Below are positions 56,981 to 64,000 of a DNA stretch of 64,000 nt, in pieces. Source of the DNA: Balanoglossus misakiensis. Its lineage: Eukaryota > Animalia > Hemichordata. The notes below the pieces were generated by a model that saw only the letters and a list, made by a program, of their open reading frames with translations, was not told the DNA's origin and did no database searches. The position numbers were made by a program, and so were the translations under genes. The stretch covers positions 7,834,059 to 7,898,058 of the forward strand of contig CM082581.2 of the NCBI GenBank assembly GCA_040954595.2, written 5' to 3'. How positions within the stretch are numbered: position 1 is the stretch's first letter; each line of letters opens with the position of its first letter.

Positions 56981-59900
56981 GAACATTCTTAACAAATCTG
57001 TGCATAATTGCAGTTTTATTGCAAATACTGCTAACAATGGCAGTACGACGTGACTCATTTGCTTTCCTCGGCTGCACCTTACACCACGAGCCTCCACGTT
57101 TAGCGACACGACAATTCAAATAATTCAGGTCACGCCATCAACAATCTTGTGTTTTTGCTGGTCGCCTAGCGACGGGCCATTGAGCGAGGCGATTGCATGG
57201 CGACAGCGATCAACGTCTCGGCAACAGTCAGTCAGTGACGTCATGCACCGCGGAGGCGCGCATTGACTTTCGCGCAGCACACGCAGTGTCGTGTTCTTTT
57301 AGAATTTCATTGAAAAATCGTCGACTCAGGGCCAACAAAAATAGAAACACACCTTTTACACAAATATTTATTTCCCGTGCGTTCCAAGGATACCTTGTAT
57401 TGAGTGGGCCTCTTAAATTGCGCGTTGACCTTCTTGTTTATACACGCGTGAGTGCCGTGGGGGTCACTGATACATTTCTGCACACCTCAATTCGCCGTGA
57501 ACTTCGCAACAAGCACAATGGCAATGTCAACAATCATAAATATAGTGCTGGAGACAGTGATTTACAAAAGCAGGTGTGGAAGGACTGTGGAAATAGTGAC
57601 GCTTAAATACGTGATGGCGACTGCAATCTATAAAAACATGTTGTGAAACGCGCAACAAACAAAAAACAACAACAAAACAAAACAATCTTTGCTTAAGGGA
57701 GAATATCACAAATATACATGTATTAACTCTGTACATGTAATACCAATCTTGATATTTACATGCACTCGAGCGCACCAGCCAATATATTAGGCCCCCGTGC
57801 ACATGCGTATTGCACAGCAACCGCTGAAACGTATCGTGCTTACGACAGCTGTGATATTTATGGTGATATAAGGTATTTTATTTTCAGATTATGGATGTGG
57901 TTTTGAATGGTACGTTCATCAAAAGAAATTAAGACAAATTGTCTTTTAACTGCATATCCACTAATTATCCAATCCCATACTTACTCGAATGGAAAGGCCG
58001 AAGACTCCCCTTTCCGAGTAAACATCAATGAATTCATCAAGATAATCAAGGGAATTGGATAAAATATAATGAAAAACTCTCTCAATGTATAGAAAATGTA
58101 TCCATAATGATTAATATAGGCAGAATCCATTGGGAGAGACAGAATGATGATCACCATAGCCTGCAGCAAATCAACTCTGTTCTAATGATATGCATTGTCT
58201 GTTACATCCTGTCACTTCACACACTGAACTGGTCACACCTATAAGCAATATAAGAATGAAGTAAATTTTGGGCTATGCTGCAGGGCTATAACTTAAATGT
58301 AGCAGGTTTTAGACATGTAGATGCATAGTATGTCATGTTAGAGAACTCTCATGACTGCAAACGTTGCGACTGCAATGGTAACCGAACAATGCGAATAAGC
58401 AGGTGCCAATTTTAGTTATTTTACAGAAAAGTACATAACGATTCTTTTGTCATTATTCGAGCTGGCGGAGGCTGCATTGATGAAAGGGTTTGTAATATTG
58501 TAAAACACATGAACCAGATAAACATAGTGAGATAAATTATTCATCCATGGACGCAGATAAATTGAATTGCATTGTACACTTAGCAGTTCAACCATTCAAC
58601 CATGCATGCGATCATACGTCACACGTGGCCTATACATCAATGTAGTGTGTTGGTCTACGTACCTCGGTGCATAAGAAATAAATCTCTTTTCGGACAGCGG
58701 AGTGTACATTGTAAATACGTGAAAGTCGGCCTATTTTTTGACCTCGACACGCCAGTTGAACAGCCATTTGATACTTTGGCCTGCTGGTATTAAATGAAGG
58801 TATTGATTAGAGCCATAACAACCAAACTCGGCACTAAAAGCAAGTGGTTGCGATGCAAACCGCTGCAGTGGAACCTCATCACGAGACACACGTACATCAC
58901 CTAGCCTATACGTGTTTAAATCATGAACTGTCATTTAATCTTTTTGAAAATGCCTGAAATCTCTATTCAACCGTGCAGTACGTAGGAAACAATGAATGCG
59001 CTGAAAATATGGACAGTGCCATGGCATACAGCGCACCACTCACAGGCGAGACAACATGCACGTGATTTATTTCCAATGTTTTCAAATGTCTGGCTCATAT
59101 ACAAGGCTTGTGTGTGCACGAAAGAATGAGGGGCTTTGCCACACACCCATAAAGACAAATTCTATCGATTAACGGCCGGTGGCGTGGACACTACCACATG
59201 ACAAACTGCAACGCATTTTTTAAAGGTCACACTACCAGAACAGTTTTACCCAACCAGATCCAAACATCAACGCTCGCGTTTCTCTGTCAGGTTAACAATA
59301 TAACGACAGCACATTATTACGTGGAGACAGCAAATCAAACAGATTTCGCAGGATTTTGCAACAACAGGGGAGGTACCACACACTGTTTTCCCTACATGGC
59401 GGCGTTTTGCCATTTGGCAAAAAAGGCCAAAAAACTAGAACACTACCACGTCTGACCATGGCTAATTCGTACACCAATACCCAAACAACAATATAAACGC
59501 GAACTCCCATTGTACGCAAACACAATGTGATAGCTGGGCGGTGTGTGGAATTGCTTTCTTTTGTGGCACATTATCAGGCACACGCTGACCCACAGTTAGA
59601 CTGAACTGACCCCAGTGATTTGTCTGCTCTCACTGAAGAAAATGAGGAGACCACCTGTTGATTTAGCATCCGAAGTTGCGACTTCAGTGAGTCAGCACGA
59701 TTCTGGAAACCAAGTAACGTGTAGTTAGCTTTACAAAAAAATGCACAAATAACCACAATATTATCAAAATAGAGTGGTTCTGTGTTCGTAAGACGTTGCT
59801 GACGTCACGTGGACCAAGATTTGATCCAACCAACATAAAACATCCATCTTTATCGACTTATCCCTCTTTAAATGCGCAGTGATGTGGAAATCGCACTGCC

Positions 59901-62900
59901 ACGCAACAACACTGTCATGAAATTAAAGAAATGGAACTTGTTAACCGCTGCATGTCAGGTCTGAAAGATTAGCCCGCAAAGGGGAGATCAAACAATCCAA
60001 CCTGTCAAAAAGTGCAGCGATGAAGGGAATCTGGTATTTTCACAATGTAATTGTTCAAACAACGCAATTGGCTAGTTACATAGCGACAAACGTAAGTGTC
60101 ATGTTTCTCATAAGATGTATTGTTTGAGAAAATAACGCACTCCAAGTCTTAACTTATTAATATCGACCACGCTGACAACATATAAGCCCCCGGCTTTGTT
60201 GTTATGACGAAATTAATGACCACGAAATGAAAGTTTCAAGCCTTAAGACATATTTTACCTTTTCTTGAAGTGGGCATGTGTCTACGTGAGGATCTGCATA
60301 ATTTGGTTGCCAAGCCCACCCCTAAATGGTTAAAAGAATATACAAATCTATGTACAGATGTACTCAGGCCGTTACCTCTCATCGAAAGCCCCATTTACCC
60401 TTATTTCAGCGTGGTGTACACGCCAAAGCAGTTTTGAGACATTAACTCACATGGAGAATGTCAAGAGATCGTACTGTGTGTGAGAGACTCGACACAATTC
60501 ACTATAAAGGTCACTTGATGAGAATAATATGAATGCCCTTGTACAAAATACCATATACTTTGATATTTCAGTATTTCTTCGTTTTCGCTCAGAACGGAAG
60601 AACCCGAAACTGAAATCGCATTGAAAACGTTCCTTGAAATTCTAACCTGCACTGTTTCTTCTGGCAAAAACTTAGGAATTGTATACATTGTCAATGTAGC
60701 CTGCCTGCATTTTCGATTGAAAGCGCAGGTAGGTGTGCTCGGGCATAATGTGAAACCAAAGCCTGTTCACCAACCTGCCATGCATATTTAATGTTTAAAA
60801 TGAACAGACTGGTGTAATGTAATAACTCGGCTGGCACAAGCTGGCAAGTAAAGTATACATGTCTTTCAATTGCGCCCAATGCTGTTGTTTTTTATTTCGG
60901 CAATCGCTATAGTGTACCTGAAATTCTACTCTGCCTGTACTCTTGAAATCAAAGAATGCACTGGCGCAATGCCAGAAATAACCTGAAACTTCATGCATTG
61001 ATTGTGTCTATCACAGTCTTTTCTGGATATGTACATGGAGTATTCATTCAGTGTGCCTGCCCGGATTCGCCCCTTCCCCCCACTGAGCAAATACTAGTAT
61101 GACACGGAGGTTATCCGAGTCACTCTGTTTGTCTGAAAATCATTCTGTGAGGCATGGAGATTCTGCATCTGACGGATTAGGCGTCACGGTCGCTTTATGT
61201 TGTTATGCGTCGTCTGGCCAATTTATTACACGTTGTTACCTTAGTACATGTACCAGTTTACGGCTTAAAAACAGACTTTGCACCACATTAAACATGATTG
61301 GCAGTGATTTGAGTATGGCAGCAATTTAGGGGGTGGGGTGCAAACCTGGTAAGGGCAACATGTTCACGTGCTGTGATTGTTTACATGTAAGTGATCACCT
61401 GTCAATTATTGAAGAAAAAATGAAAATTAAACCGAAAAAGACGTTGCTTTTATTGAAAATTCGCCATGAAAAATGTCTGCTAGCCAAATTGAAAATGAAT
61501 CCGGTCACATTACAGAAAATGCATTATTAAGATGCCCCTGGCGCTGTGTATCAGAGAATAAAAGAACAGATGGATTTCATCAAAGTTTGCACACTCCACT
61601 CTGTGAAAGGGTTGGATGTCATCTTTACCAGCATGGCTCCGTATTTGTCGTGAAGATTTTCAATAAGAGGCAGTGATTTCACAAGAGTTTAAGTGCATTA
61701 AAAATGAATAAAAAATTGCTAAATGGTCACCAAATTGATTGACATGACTTGTTGTCATGGATGCCAAACAAAGTATTATCTGGCCTTGTCCAACGTGTTT
61801 TTCTATTGCATTCACACAGGTCTGTTCATTGCAACTTCTCTTAATTGACTGAGGGAAAGGAAGAGAGAAAATTGTTTCCTTTATAGAAACTGAAATGAGA
61901 CTCAACATGACTAATTGCCTTCTACTAATTGTCTATATCGCCATGTCCTTTCACTGGATAAATTTCTTCGTCAATGAAAGGGGTCTTGTCATTGCAACAT
62001 GAACCTGACCCACGTTCAAGGTTATTTTAACCATAGACCCTGCATGAGAACGGCTATGGTTTAACCGTCATTTATTTATCTGCCATTGTGTTTTACCTAC
62101 GTGCAGAAATGACCCCTGATTCAGTACTAAGTGTGCATTTGATATAATGGCAGTCAGGGCAATTGTTCTTGAAAATAGCGAATAAGCGAAATCTGTTCTA
62201 TTCACAGTACATGTATACCATTCCCAAATTGTTGGCGCACGCTCACGTGACCACTCCCCCAAATCAGAGGAAGTGGCGATCACTAGAGACGTCGCTTTTG
62301 TTTGTCGAGTGAATACAAACGTTCACAGTGAGCAATGGTGACGTCGATCGAACGACCATTTTGTTCCGACACGACGGATTTCTAAAGGCTCGACGCTGGG
62401 GTCAAATAAACGTTATGGTTTTCCGTAGAACACACGATTTGCTGTCTCATTCATCAAAGCCCAGATGCTGAGGGCCTTGGCTCTCTTCAGTCTGTGTGTC
62501 ACGCGTCTAGCAACAGTGTTATGGCCTCGTAAACAAGCGAAGTAAACAATGCATCAGTGACAGAGGACGAAATCGCCACTTTCTCTCGGAAAGCACGGTC
62601 TTGTGTTGAGTGTGAGAGCGACAGAATTTTGCGCTCAATAGATACAAAATCTATTTTTATAATAAATATTGTAAAATTAAATCTAATCAAGAAAATTCGG
62701 TAGTCGACAACTTCACGAAGTGTCAGCAGATATAAATCCTGTTATCAAGAGGACAGTCACATTTGCTCCCATACAAAACGAGATCGTACAGTAGTGAGCG
62801 TGGCGTCATTTCATTTAGATATTCACAATTCAATATGTAGACGACAGTATTTGTGTTTTGGAGCTAAGGTTCTGCGATGAGCAAGCTTATACAGCTCACT

Positions 62901-64000
62901 ACAAAGCCACAAACACAATAGCATTCACCCAGGCCTATTTACGACCAAACGAGGCCATCAATTCCAGAAAGGTTCAGCATGGCCGTTCCGATTGAATGCT
63001 ATACATAAATCAACCTATGAAATGTGTCATATGTATGGAAATAGATTTGTAAAAGAAAACACTGATGATCGAAGCAAGCATAGGTGTCGCCGTTTCTAGA
63101 ACCTGCTGTTAGTGTTAGAGGGCGTTCTTTTACAATGCCGGGGCAAGGCACGATGACTGTCCAGTCTAACCAAACTTACAGACTATTAAGTGGTGGCAAC
63201 AGAGTAGAATATGGGCTTTAATCTTTGTTTTAAGATTTGTGTGGGTATAAATATGCCCTTTTATTGTTTTTGCAGCTGAAATCGGAAGTTTATTTAGTGG
63301 CGGCGGCATGGACATGACATCTGTACAAGGACTTGTGATGGATGTAAGTATTCACTCTGTTACAGAACCTGTTCTGTGTCTGTCTGTCCGTCTGTTTAAC
63401 TGACTACATACAGTATCATTGATTTGCTACACCTAGTCTGTTTCTCATAAAAACAGAAATTTCACGCGTCGAAGAAGTGTTGTACAGTGAAGATGAAAAC
63501 GATTGCACATGTCACTTTATCAACAAATCATGTCTTTTATAATTTGACAGAACTTGGCAAGCGTGTTCGCCGGCTTTGCAGTCTGCATCGCCATTGGTTT
63601 TCTGTTCCTGTTGATCTTCCCCATCGTCTGCTGCTGTTTCTGCTGTTGCCGGATGTGCGGCAACTGTGGCGGCAAGATGCACCAGAAAGAGACAAGCTCG
63701 TTGAAATGCAAGAAGTTTGTCTTCCTCGCCCTCCTCCTGACCACCACCTTTTTCCTGGGGTAGGTACCGCGAGAATCCACGAGATTCTCACCCACGTACT
63801 CTAAGGCAACAATCATCCCCTATATTATCTATGGTCAACTGAAGCTAGCTCAACACGTCTACTTGGACGATAATCCTAAATAGGGAAATACATGTAGTTA
63901 AACTAAGTAACGTTTCCTCAGATTTTGTAATTTGAATTTACCCCAATGACAGATTTGGAGTTGCGTGCGGATATTTTGTCAACGAACGTACAGAGGATGT
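54544..64000 (+). CDS. PROM1: Prominin (CD133 family) pentaspan protein, 5' part, continuing past the window end
   Basis: Signal peptide, then TM1 followed by the prominin Cys-rich motif CCCFCCCRMCGNCGGKMHQ and TM2; exons 54544-54790, 63276-63343, 63551-63759, 63953-end are phase-consistent. Family is secure; 1:1 orthology to PROM1 is not established. Confidence 0.88.
54954..55031. repeat. (GA)n microsatellite
   Basis: Seen directly, in prominin intron 1. Confidence 0.97.
56948..56979. repeat. (GAT)n microsatellite
   Basis: Seen directly. Confidence 0.9.
63276..63343 (+). CDS. PROM1: Prominin exon 2
   Basis: tgcag|..AEIGSLFSGGGMDMTSVQGLVMD|gtaagt; phase 1-0. Confidence 0.75.
63551..63759 (+). 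CDS. PROM1: Prominin exon 3 (TM1, Cys-rich loop, TM2)
   Basis: GFAVCIAIGFLFLLIFPIVCCCFCCCRMCGNCGG; phase 0-2. Confidence 0.92.
63953..64000 (+). CDS. PROM1: Prominin exon 4 (cut by the window edge)
   Basis: FGVACGYFVNERTED after a cag acceptor; phase 2 start. Confidence 0.75.
   Translation, partial: MWSCVRIFCQRTYRGC

Noticed and set aside
54832-63275. Many short ORFs in the 8.5-kb first intron of prominin
   Set aside because: No coding bias, no consistent exon chain, no transposase or RT motifs.

Overview
Animal genomic DNA: intron-rich, GT-AG splicing, many microsatellites and MITEs; an invertebrate deuterostome is my guess, not proven. Most of the window is one large + strand gene, a fibrocystin-L (PKHD1L1-like) receptor. 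I traced it by hand through 56 phase-consistent coding exons from ATG 8744 (or an alternative signal-peptide exon at 1682) to TAG 50488, about 4,590 aa. Its domain order is signal peptide, IPT/TIG repeats, PA14, cupredoxin-like, G8, PbH1 beta-helix, second G8 and beta-helix, SEA-like domain with RRKR, two Ig-like repeats, SEA with GSIVV, TM. Unlike vertebrate PKHD1L1, which has only a few cytoplasmic residues, it continues into a ~260 aa cytoplasmic tail with a probable ubiquitin-like domain and a C-terminal MYND zinc finger, which suggests a cleavable, Notch-like signalling receptor. The gene also shows a tandem pair of mutually exclusive exons flanked by RBFOX/NOVA-type motif clusters, a 63-nt cytoplasmic cassette exon with an ACUAAY cluster, and two candidate first exons. 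Downstream are the first four coding exons of a prominin gene (54544 to the window end). All gene models were read by eye; no transcript or database evidence was available.
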